Shown here: in pieces, positions 51,363 to 60,007 of the stretch
Layout: each line of letters begins with the position of its first letter
How positions within the stretch are numbered: the first letter of the stretch is position 1
NCBI GenBank assembly: GCA_964649465.1
Contig: CAZYRP010000002.1
Coordinates: 354-64,353, forward strand
DNA from: an uncultured Granulosicoccaceae bacterium
GTDB lineage: Bacteria; Pseudomonadota; Gammaproteobacteria; Granulosicoccales; Granulosicoccaceae
Direction: 5' to 3'
Length of the DNA: 64,000 nucleotides
Notes under the pieces: generated by a model
The model's database searches: none
Seen by the model: only the letters and a program-made list of their open reading frames with translations
Told to the model about the DNA's origin: nothing
Position numbers and translations under genes: made by a program

Positions 51363-51835
51363 TGACCTGCCTCCAGACTTAAACGTGCGCTAACTTGCCC
51401 TGAGTCTTTGCGACTCAGATTAATGGTCTTAACTGACAGACCATAAGTTTGCTCCAAACCACCCAGCACTTGCAGCAGCTTATTAAACTCTACTTTTGAA
51501 AACTGCGCTCTGGCACCCTGATCACCATCCGGCGTTACTCGCTCTGGTGATGAAATACTGGCTTTCTTGATTGCTTCATCGAGTAACAAGTAAGGTGCTT
51601 TATCCATCGGTTTTATCGATTGACCACCGCCACCTCCGCCACGAGGGCTTTGCTGCTTCATCCATTCAAGATTTTTTTGGTTGGCTACGACAGATGCTTG
51701 TCTAGATTTAATACCAGTGCTTAAAGGCTTAAAAGCAAAAGTGTATAACAATGCACCAATACCAACGATTGCAGTAGCTGTAACGATAAACTGCTCTCTC
51801 GGAGTTTGAGAGGTATACCACTCCTGCATACTCAT
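51359..51835 (-). CDS. gspM: Type II secretion system protein M
   Basis: 158-aa bitopic protein in the position between gspL and gspN, with 4-nt overlaps on both sides. Confidence 0.8.
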   Translation of the reverse strand: MSMQEWYTSQTPREQFIVTATAIVGIGALLYTFAFKPLSTGIKSRQASVVANQKNLEWMKQQSPRGGGGGGQSIKPMDKAPYLLLDEAIKKASISSPERVTPDGDQGARAQFSKVEFNKLLQVLGGLEQTYGLSVKTINLSRKDSGQVSARLSLEAGQ

Positions 51836-53067
51836 GAACTTGCCTCCACACGCAGTCGAGCTTTAATACGTTCGCGCTCTTTAGCCGCTGATTGAACATT
51901 GGCAACCAGTTGGCTTTCTTGTTCCAGACTCGACTTTAGTTTGTCGACATCCTGCAAAGATTCTGCTTCTAAGACGATATCCAGCTGTCCTCTTTTGAAA
52001 TTAATACTGTTCACCGTTGGCTCTTTCAGCTGTTTCAAAGCTACACCAACCGCAGACATCATGACTACAAAGCTGGTGTCATCAATGCCGGTTCCATTAT
52101 TTGCTATCGACAACTCTGAACGCATCCTCCTTACAGGATCCTGGTGCGGATTTGCAACGTGCGGAAATGCCCGTTTTAGTGTACCGGCCATCTCATCCTG
52201 CAAGCGGATATTTTCCTTTCCAAGCTGTTGAAACTGCAGAAAACTGGTGCCTCCCCATAACGCAAGCAACATAGCCGCTAACGCCGCAGGTAATCGCCAT
52301 GGCTTCCAGGCTTTTCCCAGTGCTTCGGTTTTACCAAAGTCACCCTGCAACAGGTTGATCCGGTCTGTTGATTTTTTATATTGACTCAGGCCCTGAGCAA
52401 ACAAGGCAACTTCGGTACGTACACGATCGGGTTTTATTTCCGGAAGTATTTGATACTCATCCCGGCCACAGCTGAAGTGCTTTGTACGCCGAACTTCGTC
52501 ATCAATTTCCTCAGGTGATGCTCCTTCAATCGCATTAGCCAGCAACATCGGCAACATTTCCGTATCACACGAAAAACCTTTAGAGGAAGACAACCTCAGC
52601 GAGGCATGACCGTTGTTGGTCATCAGTGTCCAGCGACCGGTAAACAATGGCAACGCCAGAGTCTCAGGAATTATTTCCTGGATGTTTAGCCTGGCAGCTG
52701 CTGCCTGATCACGTATCCATGCAAAACTCTGCTTCGAGATAACAGCAACCGGTATCCGACCATCAGCCTGTCTGTTGCCAAAAGCAAAGTGCGATGCCTC
52801 AACGTCCTGGGCAAGTTGCTCTTCGAGCATGTAAGGGATTGCTTTAAGCGCTTTGGCCTGATTTGCACCGGGCACCTGCGCTTCTTCCATTAACAATTCG
52901 GTACCAGCAACCACCATCACAACACGGCGACGCTCCGCGGCTTTGGCAGCCTGTTCGAATGTACCGTGATCTGCCTGACCAATGACCATGCCTTTATCAT
53001 CGCAAACTGCCCAACGAAGGTAATCATCGCCGGTACGCTGTAAGTAGGTTAGTAGATATTGGGACAT
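51832..53067 (-). CDS. gspL: Type II secretion system protein L
   Basis: 411 aa with a cytoplasmic actin-like domain, one TM segment (LPAALAAMLLALWGGTSFL) and a periplasmic domain. Canonical position. Confidence 0.85.
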   Translation of the reverse strand: MSQYLLTYLQRTGDDYLRWAVCDDKGMVIGQADHGTFEQAAKAAERRRVVMVVAGTELLMEEAQVPGANQAKALKAIPYMLEEQLAQDVEASHFAFGNRQADGRIPVAVISKQSFAWIRDQAAAARLNIQEIIPETLALPLFTGRWTLMTNNGHASLRLSSSKGFSCDTEMLPMLLANAIEGASPEEIDDEVRRTKHFSCGRDEYQILPEIKPDRVRTEVALFAQGLSQYKKSTDRINLLQGDFGKTEALGKAWKPWRLPAALAAMLLALWGGTSFLQFQQLGKENIRLQDEMAGTLKRAFPHVANPHQDPVRRMRSELSIANNGTGIDDTSFVVMMSAVGVALKQLKEPTVNSINFKRGQLDIVLEAESLQDVDKLKSSLEQESQLVANVQSAAKERERIKARLRVEASS

Positions 53068-53119
53068 AACTAATCCAGAGGGTTACTGTTCGGGATCTTG
53101 CAAGATCCCTCACATACTA

Positions 53120-54241
53120 CTATATCCCGCCACGCGAACGCCGGATAGCCTGCAGCGCACCATTGTTGTCACGAAAGAAGGTCGTATATTGAGTCACCGT
53201 GATATCTTCACGTGTAACAGTCACACGAGTCATATAATATTGACTCTTTACATCGATACCAATGACATTATCGAGATTTTCCTCGTCTGTGGCACCTCTC
53301 GAATCGGAGCGAAATTGCTCGATAGTTTCGTAGATAAAACCACCTGCATCTTCTTCCTCGTCATCTGGGTTAGCCGAAGAATCAGCCGCCGGATCGCTAC
53401 CACCATCGGTATCGTCTTCTCCCGAGTTCAGCAGTGTATCAAGTAAGCCACCACCCTCCGGGCAACCGGGAAATTCCTGCCAGTATTCATCATCGACAAC
53501 TTTGATATCGTCAGCAATTGCTGTCATGTGAGGTGCGAGTGATGCGAGAACTGCACTCGATGCCGTATTGACATTAATCGCACTGCCGGTGGGCAACGTC
53601 GCTATATGCGGCAGCAAAACATCGTAATCATCCAGACCACCTTCATCTGTGACCCTGAAGCCTTTAACCAGCAACAACTCGGTGGGACTCACCATCGGTC
53701 CATTAGCTGCCCGGTAAGAGGGCGACTGACCTGTATAAAAATCATCCTCTGCACCATCCGATCCGGTAACGTCAATGTTCGGGTCTATCCAGTCAAGAAT
53801 AGCTGCAGCTTTAGTCGATTCAATAGTAAGCGCTGTTAACAAGCGCTGCAGTATCTCAAACTCCTGCTGATCAGGATTGCCTTCGATATCAATAAGGTTG
53901 TTTAAATTGAATTTGCCCTGCAGATCAATCACACATCCTTCTATTGTGGCACCGTCAACTGGTACAGGTGGCAAACTTTGAGCCCAGAAGTCTTCGGTGC
54001 TGTCAGAGTTGTTCCGATCACCATCTGTGCGATCGCGTCGAAGCACCGCCATAGAGAATTTTTCTCCGGCAGAGGCAAGATTTCTAAGTTGCAGCTGTAC
54101 CTGGCGGTTTTGCGCCATCTGAATAGAGCGTTGCTGCTTTGTTGCCATCGAGGTGACTGTAACGGTGATCAATGCAACCATTAACAAAGTCGTGACCAGC
54201 GCCGCACCGCGTTGTTGAATTGAGCGATTCATCATCAACAA
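53120..54241 (-). CDS. gspK: Type II secretion system minor pseudopilin K
   Basis: QRGAALVTTLLMVALITV N-terminus lacking Glu5, which is typical of GspK. Size is about 370 aa. It starts directly after the gspJ stop. Confidence 0.88.
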   Translation of the reverse strand: MLMMNRSIQQRGAALVTTLLMVALITVTVTSMATKQQRSIQMAQNRQVQLQLRNLASAGEKFSMAVLRRDRTDGDRNNSDSTEDFWAQSLPPVPVDGATIEGCVIDLQGKFNLNNLIDIEGNPDQQEFEILQRLLTALTIESTKAAAILDWIDPNIDVTGSDGAEDDFYTGQSPSYRAANGPMVSPTELLLVKGFRVTDEGGLDDYDVLLPHIATLPTGSAINVNTASSAVLASLAPHMTAIADDIKVVDDEYWQEFPGCPEGGGLLDTLLNSGEDDTDGGSDPAADSSANPDDEEEDAGGFIYETIEQFRSDSRGATDEENLDNVIGIDVKSQYYMTRVTVTREDITVTQYTTFFRDNNGALQAIRRSRGGI

Positions 54242-54853
54242 TCAATAAGGCAAAACAAACAAACGAGTAATCGTGCCGACATTTTCAACTTCAACTGTTG
54301 CTTCAACAGCTGCCGGTAATTCATCGAAATCTTCATTGTTATTGTCAGCGGGAGGCCAGGTGTTATGCCACGACCCGGTCAGACTAAAAAAGCGAAAAGT
54401 AAACGAGTTAACATTTTCGAGCAGCCTTCTTTCACTGAATGCATTAGAGTCAAAACGGTCGACGTGATACCAGTATCGTCGCATGAGTTGCGATTCATCG
54501 TCGAGGATATACGAGACTCGTTGTAAATCACTGCGTGGTGGCATCTGTAGCAACGCAGGATTTGTCCAGCCGCCTCTGGTCACCTGCACGACGTACTCGC
54601 CCGCCTGGCTGACTTCAATACTTTTACGCTTGCCGCCCAGCTCATCAACCACATCTCGCTTAACTATCTGCTCAAAGTCTTCCTGCAGCCAGTAAAAGGT
54701 GCGCTCAATCGAATCGTACTGTTGAACAACTCTTTCAGAACTTTGCGCTATCTGAGTAACATTAAACCAACCCGCATAGGCAGCGCCCGCCATAATTGCC
54801 AGTATGGCAATTGAGACGATCAACTCCAGCAATGTGAAACCTCGTTGACGCAT
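54242..54853 (-). CDS. gspJ: Type II secretion system minor pseudopilin J
   Basis: Prepilin signal MRQRG/FTLLELIVSIAILAI. The ATG at 54853 is preferred over the longer ORF. Confidence 0.88.
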   Translation of the reverse strand: MRQRGFTLLELIVSIAILAIMAGAAYAGWFNVTQIAQSSERVVQQYDSIERTFYWLQEDFEQIVKRDVVDELGGKRKSIEVSQAGEYVVQVTRGGWTNPALLQMPPRSDLQRVSYILDDESQLMRRYWYHVDRFDSNAFSERRLLENVNSFTFRFFSLTGSWHNTWPPADNNNEDFDELPAAVEATVEVENVGTITRLFVLPY

Positions 54854-54890
54854 CGATGGACGGGTACAAACTGTTCGGCAACACAGTGTA

Positions 54891-55319
54891 TCAGGGTTGG
54901 GACACATTGCGACTGGACAACCTTGGATGATTAACAAAGCCCGCCAGGGTTACGACAGGATTTTTACTGTCAGACGACTTGCGGACTTCGACATCGACAC
55001 GACGCAGGTCTTCGTCTTCCACTTTCTGGACAATGGTTTTCCAGTACCAGACCTGGCCAAGCATTTCCGCCTCCCCGGTTTTACTGCCGGTATCCGGAAA
55101 TGACCCGGCGATTTGCAGCTCTGCGAGACGGTTGGAGCCGACCCACTGGGCAACAGTTTTATCTCTCAGCCGCCCGGCGTTAGCTGCCGATGCGCCGGCC
55201 GCCTGTACCAATGCACCCAGCACAATCGCAATAATGGCGACCGCAACCAGAATCTCCATCAGCGTGAACCCGGCCTCAGGCTTTGAAATCTCTAAGCGTC
55301 GGGTAGCTGAAATCTTCAC
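54891..55319 (-). CDS. gspI: Type II secretion system minor pseudopilin I
   Basis: Prepilin motif AG/FTLMEILVAVAIIAI. The GTG start overlaps the gspH stop (GTGA). Confidence 0.88.
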   Translation of the reverse strand: MKISATRRLEISKPEAGFTLMEILVAVAIIAIVLGALVQAAGASAANAGRLRDKTVAQWVGSNRLAELQIAGSFPDTGSKTGEAEMLGQVWYWKTIVQKVEDEDLRRVDVEVRKSSDSKNPVVTLAGFVNHPRLSSRNVSQP

Positions 55320-55849
55320 AGAGCACCCGTATCTTCAATACCGAGCTGAATCAGCTGATCGACGCCGGTCGCCACCTGCCAGCGTTCGTCCAGCAACCCT
55401 TTGTCGATGATAATTTTGAAATCCGGCATGATCTCGCCGTTGGAAAGCACCATGACATGCGGCCGGGTTTTTTCGTCAATTTTCGCTTCATCTGATGCTT
55501 CCAGCACCACTGGAACTCCAGCAATCTGCAGCTCAACTTCAAAGCCGTCAGGCCACTCACGCTTGCGAAAAGTTTTGTCTTCGTAGCTAACCCATTTACC
55601 GGTGCGATTATCGCCTTCAAGCTTTAGAAATTGATAATCGCCGTCGGTAAAGCGCACACCGATCTCGGTGGTTTTAAAAATAGACTCATCTGATGCGCGT
55701 CTGACCAGTTCAGCCAGACGCGTAGCCTCTGTTCGGATTTGCTTTTTATCACCACCAAAATTTATACGCGGAATGACCACTCCGGTTACCGTCGCCATAA
55801 TGGCGATGACAACAATCAGTTCAAGCAGGCTGAAGCCTTTTTGCCGCAT
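55316..55849 (-). CDS. gspH: Type II secretion system minor pseudopilin H
   Basis: MRQKG/FSLLELIVVIAIMA prepilin signal. 177 aa. Confidence 0.88.
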   Translation of the reverse strand: MRQKGFSLLELIVVIAIMATVTGVVIPRINFGGDKKQIRTEATRLAELVRRASDESIFKTTEIGVRFTDGDYQFLKLEGDNRTGKWVSYEDKTFRKREWPDGFEVELQIAGVPVVLEASDEAKIDEKTRPHVMVLSNGEIMPDFKIIIDKGLLDERWQVATGVDQLIQLGIEDTGAL

Positions 55850-55881
55850 ATAATTTATCCATGCACCTAAGTACTAATAAC

Positions 55882-56379
55882 CTAGGAGCGTTCTTCCCAG
55901 TTGCCAATATCAGCGTTTTCATTTTCACCACCGGTCTGACCATCAGCACCAAGTGTATAAACATCTATATCTCCGTTTTCACCGGGACTGACATAGAGAT
56001 AGTCACGACCCCAGGGATCCTTAGGCATGCTGGTAAGGTATCCGCCGTCCTGCCAGTTTGGTGCTTCCGGGTCACCGGTCGGTTGCTCAACCAGTGCTTT
56101 CAATCCCTGATCAGTAGTGGGGTAGTTGAAGTTGTCCAGTTTGTAGGTTTGCAACGCACTAACCACCGCCGAGATATCTGTTTTGGCGCGTGTGACTCTG
56201 GCCTTACCAGGAGCCCCGAGTATATTCGGCGCTACTACTGCGGCGAGAATTCCAAGAATCGCCACCACCGCAATCAGCTCGATCAGGCTGAAACCGGATT
56301 GCCGACCAATATGTCTGGTTTGGCCTGTTACCTGGACTGAGGCTGTCTTTGTCTGAGAAGGGTAAGTCATTGAGTTCAC
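55882..56379 (-). CDS. gspG: Type II secretion system major pseudopilin G
   Basis: G/FSLIELIAVVAILGILAAVVAPNILG...AKTDISAVVSALQTYKLDN...DPWGRDYLY is highly typical of GspG. GTG start with GGAG 7 nt upstream. Confidence 0.93.
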   Translation of the reverse strand: MNSMTYPSQTKTASVQVTGQTRHIGRQSGFSLIELIAVVAILGILAAVVAPNILGAPGKARVTRAKTDISAVVSALQTYKLDNFNYPTTDQGLKALVEQPTGDPEAPNWQDGGYLTSMPKDPWGRDYLYVSPGENGDIDVYTLGADGQTGGENENADIGNWEERS

Positions 56380-56613
56380 TGTTCAACTCCGAATTGAATC
56401 TGTTCGTGTAATATTGGGCACATCGGCTGCGATCTGCAAACACGCGCTACCGACCGATCACCCGTTATATGGCATGTGCAAATTATAGCGACCACACAGG
56501 CGACCCCGGTTACTGTTTGATAAAGCCCCGGCAGGAAAATTCCCGCTGGCAACTAAAATAACTATCACAAACCCGATGAAACCCATGTTTTACAGCAATA
56601 TTATGCAAGCAAT

Positions 56614-57189
56614 TTGAAAGCCTGGATCCTAGCGTCAATAGTTGGTGTCTCCTGCATTGCCTTTCAAGCACTGAACCTTGATAAACCACTGCGTTATGGT
56701 CGCGCTGAAATTCTCGATTCAGGTCAATGGTGGCGGGTTCTGACCGGAAATCTGGTACATCTGGGATATCCGCACCTGCTGCTCAATCTGGCCGGCCTGA
56801 TTTTAATTACGCTCCTGTTAGCCCATGCTCTGACCACCAGACAATGGGCATTCACGGGCCTTTGTTCCATGCTGGGCGTGGGATTAGGATTGCTGATATT
56901 TGATCCACAACTAAGCTGGTACGTTGGATTATCCGGTGCCCTCTACGGATTGCTGCTCGGTGGCGCAATTGCAGAATTCCGAAACCACAAGCCAATCGCC
57001 TGTCTGATTGCAGCCTACACCATTGGCAAAGTTATCTGGGAGCAGCTCTATGGTGCAGTTGAAAGCAGCGAGGCGATTACCGGCGGCAATGTGATTGTAA
57101 ACGCACACCTCTACGGTATGGTGGCAGGAGGGCTCGCAGTGCTTGCCCTGCGCCTGCTGGAGCGGTTTCGAACTAAACCTTCCGGGTAG
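56614..57189 (+). CDS. rrtA: Rhombosortase (rhomboid-family intramembrane serine protease for GlyGly-CTERM proteins)
   Basis: GQWWRVLTGNLVHLGYPHLLLNLAGL, catalytic GLSGALYG and His in NAHLYGMVAGG. Short (191 aa) six-TM architecture with a TTG start. Confidence 0.8.
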   Translation: MKAWILASIVGVSCIAFQALNLDKPLRYGRAEILDSGQWWRVLTGNLVHLGYPHLLLNLAGLILITLLLAHALTTRQWAFTGLCSMLGVGLGLLIFDPQLSWYVGLSGALYGLLLGGAIAEFRNHKPIACLIAAYTIGKVIWEQLYGAVESSEAITGGNVIVNAHLYGMVAGGLAVLALRLLERFRTKPSG

Positions 57190-57220
57190 AAGTCTGCACA
57201 TCGAACCTTTGATACTTTAA

Positions 57221-59299
57221 CTACACATTACCGTATTCCGGGGACTCTTCACCCAGCCATCGCAAAATAAGCGGCACAACATGCTCTGGCTGTTGTGCTG
57301 TTATCTCATCACAGATGGTTTTTACCTCAGGCAGCAGTTTTTTATCTCGCATTAAGTCTGCAATTCTAAATTGTACAGCACCGGTCTGGCGAGTACCCAG
57401 CACCTCACCTGCACCGCGCAATTCAAGATCACGCTCGGCAATAAGAAAACCATCATTGGTTTCCCTGAGCGTATTGATACGATCACGGGAACGCCGACTC
57501 AGTCCCTGTTCGAACAGCAACACGCAGCTACTTTGCTTCGCTCCACGGCCAACACGACCTCGCAACTGATGCAACTGCGACAATCCAAGCCGCTCCGCAT
57601 TTTCAATAATAATTAATGAGGCGTTAGGAACATCAACCCCCACTTCAATTACTGTAGTTGCAACCAGAAGATCTGTGGCGTGCTCTTTAAACTGCATCAT
57701 TGCCTGTTCTTTTTCAGACGGGTGCATTCTGCCATGGACCAGAGAGACCCGTGCATCTGGCAAATACTCCTGCAACTCCACCAACGTGTCTTCAGCAGCA
57801 TTAGCCTGCAAAGCTTCAGACTCTTCAATCAAAGTACACACCCAGTAGATCTGGCGACCTTCTTTTATTGCTGCAGCTACTCGCTCTATTACCTCAACAC
57901 GGCGCGCATTGGGAATTGCCACAGTAGCAATTGCCTGCCTGCCAGGCGGTAGCTCATCAATCACTGAGTAATCAAGATCAGCATAGGCTGTCATTGCAAG
58001 CGTTCGCGGTATTGGTGTAGCAGTCATGGTCAACTGATGGGGCACCATATCGCCATCAACCCCTTTTTCACGTAACGACAGCCGCTGATGAACACCAAAT
58101 CGATGCTGTTCATCAACAATGGTTAAGCCGAGTTTCTTAAACGTGACATCCTGTTGAAACAACGCATGAGTGCCTACCGCAATCATCGTCAGGCCCTGCG
58201 CCATTGCATCCAGTTCTGCTCTTTTTTGCTTTGCACCGAGCTTGCCTTTTAACCATCCTACTTTCAAACCTAAAGGCTCAAACCATTCGGTAAAGCTAAA
58301 CAGATGCTGCTCGGCAAGTATTTCAGTCGGCGCCATTACAGCAACCTGATACCCCGCATCAACCACCAGGGCAGCAGCTGCAGCCGCCACCAGGGTTTTA
58401 CCGGAACCCACATCCCCCTGCACCAGTCGAAGCATCGGAACTCCGGATTTAAGATCACCACGCAATTCTTCAATGACTCGTTGTTGCGCTGATGTCAGTG
58501 TAAACGGCAGTGAGGCTATCAATCGCTGACAGAGATCACCGCCCGTATTAACAACGGGTGCGCTTTGCCTTTTTATCGCATTGCGAATTTGCTGAACACT
58601 TAGTCTGTGCGCCACCAGCTCCTCAAGTACCAGACGTTGCACTGCATGGTGATCACCCTGCAGCAACGCATCGACATCTACCTCAGGCCCGGGTCTGTGC
58701 ACAGTTATTAACGCCTGCTTCAAAGACACACCACTCTTAACAGTAGCAGGCAGCAACTCCTCTACATCAGACGTTTTAAGATGTTGCAGCGCCGCATCGG
58801 TTATCTTTCGCATCGATAGTTGATGTAAGCCCTCCGTCACCGGATATACAGGGGTTAAAGCATTTTCTGTTATCTGCGATGAGTGACTATTGGCAGCGAC
58901 TACCTGGAATTCCGGATGCACCATTTCAAGCTGACTCGGGCCACGACGCACCTCACCAAAGCAGCGCACCTGATTACCGGGCCTCAGTCTTTGCTGTTGT
59001 TGCTGATTAAAGTGAAAGAACCGCAACGCCAGTTGATTGCCAGCAGGATCTGCTAACACACAGAGCAAAGAACGACGACTCCGAAACAATATATCGCAGG
59101 AGATAACCATGCCTGTTGTCATTACTTCAACACCGGGCACCAGATCATCGATCGCAACTACGCGGGTACGGTCCTGGTAGCGCAGGGGAAGATGGAACAA
59201 CACGTCCTGAAGTGACACAATCTTCAGGCGTTTGAGTTTTTCTGCCTGCTTTGGCCCAACACCCTTAAGGCGGGTGACTGCAACTGACGTTAGATCCAT
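57221..59299 (-). CDS. recG: ATP-dependent DNA helicase RecG
   Basis: Wedge domain, Walker A GDVGSGKT, DEQHRFG and helicase C motifs QLHQLRGRVGRG. Confidence 0.95.
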   Translation of the reverse strand: MDLTSVAVTRLKGVGPKQAEKLKRLKIVSLQDVLFHLPLRYQDRTRVVAIDDLVPGVEVMTTGMVISCDILFRSRRSLLCVLADPAGNQLALRFFHFNQQQQQRLRPGNQVRCFGEVRRGPSQLEMVHPEFQVVAANSHSSQITENALTPVYPVTEGLHQLSMRKITDAALQHLKTSDVEELLPATVKSGVSLKQALITVHRPGPEVDVDALLQGDHHAVQRLVLEELVAHRLSVQQIRNAIKRQSAPVVNTGGDLCQRLIASLPFTLTSAQQRVIEELRGDLKSGVPMLRLVQGDVGSGKTLVAAAAAALVVDAGYQVAVMAPTEILAEQHLFSFTEWFEPLGLKVGWLKGKLGAKQKRAELDAMAQGLTMIAVGTHALFQQDVTFKKLGLTIVDEQHRFGVHQRLSLREKGVDGDMVPHQLTMTATPIPRTLAMTAYADLDYSVIDELPPGRQAIATVAIPNARRVEVIERVAAAIKEGRQIYWVCTLIEESEALQANAAEDTLVELQEYLPDARVSLVHGRMHPSEKEQAMMQFKEHATDLLVATTVIEVGVDVPNASLIIIENAERLGLSQLHQLRGRVGRGAKQSSCVLLFEQGLSRRSRDRINTLRETNDGFLIAERDLELRGAGEVLGTRQTGAVQFRIADLMRDKKLLPEVKTICDEITAQQPEHVVPLILRWLGEESPEYGNV

Positions 59300-59317
59300 G
59301 CAATCTGACCACAACTA

Positions 59318-59351
59318 CACGACAGATACCGGGGCACGACAGATACCGGGG
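59318..59351. repeat. Perfect 2 x 17-nt tandem duplication in the ridA-recG spacer
   Basis: cacgacagataccgggg occurs twice back to back. Confidence 0.85.
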
Positions 59352-59352
59352 C

Positions 59353-59736
59353 TTAACCCAGCACCATAATCGCATCGACTTCTACCGGTACATCTTTAGG
59401 CAACTGTGCCACACCGATAGCCGCACGCGCCGGATAAGGTTGAGTAAAAAAGCTCGCCATAACCTCATTGACATGGCCAAAGTCACCGAGATCGGTCAGA
59501 TATACCGTCAGCTTAACAATGTCCTGTAAGCTGCCACCCGAGGCCTCACAAACAGCAGATAGATTTTCAAATACCTGTCTGATTTGTACAACCACATCGC
59601 CTTCGACAACTTCCATTGTTGCAGGCACCAGTGGAATTTGTCCGGAGACATAAACGGTATTACCGGCTTTTACCGCTTGTGAGTAAGCGCCAATTGCACC
59701 GGGTGCATTTTTAGTGGCAATGATCTCTTTGCTCAT
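59353..59736 (-). CDS. ridA: RidA-family reactive-intermediate (enamine/imine) deaminase
   Basis: [22 protein letters not shown]...GQIP...[12 protein letters not shown], YjgF/RidA signature. The ATG at 59736 is preferred. Confidence 0.9.
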   Translation of the reverse strand: MSKEIIATKNAPGAIGAYSQAVKAGNTVYVSGQIPLVPATMEVVEGDVVVQIRQVFENLSAVCEASGGSLQDIVKLTVYLTDLGDFGHVNEVMASFFTQPYPARAAIGVAQLPKDVPVEVDAIMVLG

Positions 59737-60007
59737 GAAATTCTCGCGTTTTTGAAACAAACGGCACAACGAACCGGATTGCGGATCGTAAGTGATAACA
59801 CCTGAGTATATCTAAACGTCCAGGTGTCTGCGCGATAGAACTCTGCGTAGCGAGTGCGTTTTTAAGATCATTTGAGGCACATAGCTGTCCATACGTAACG
59901 ATAATGATCGATGAAATGCACCGGCCGGGCAAGTTCGAAGTAAGGGCACGTTCGAAGTAGCAATGGTTCTGCTGCGCAGACTCCTGGCCTTATATGAGAA
60001 TTTTGGA

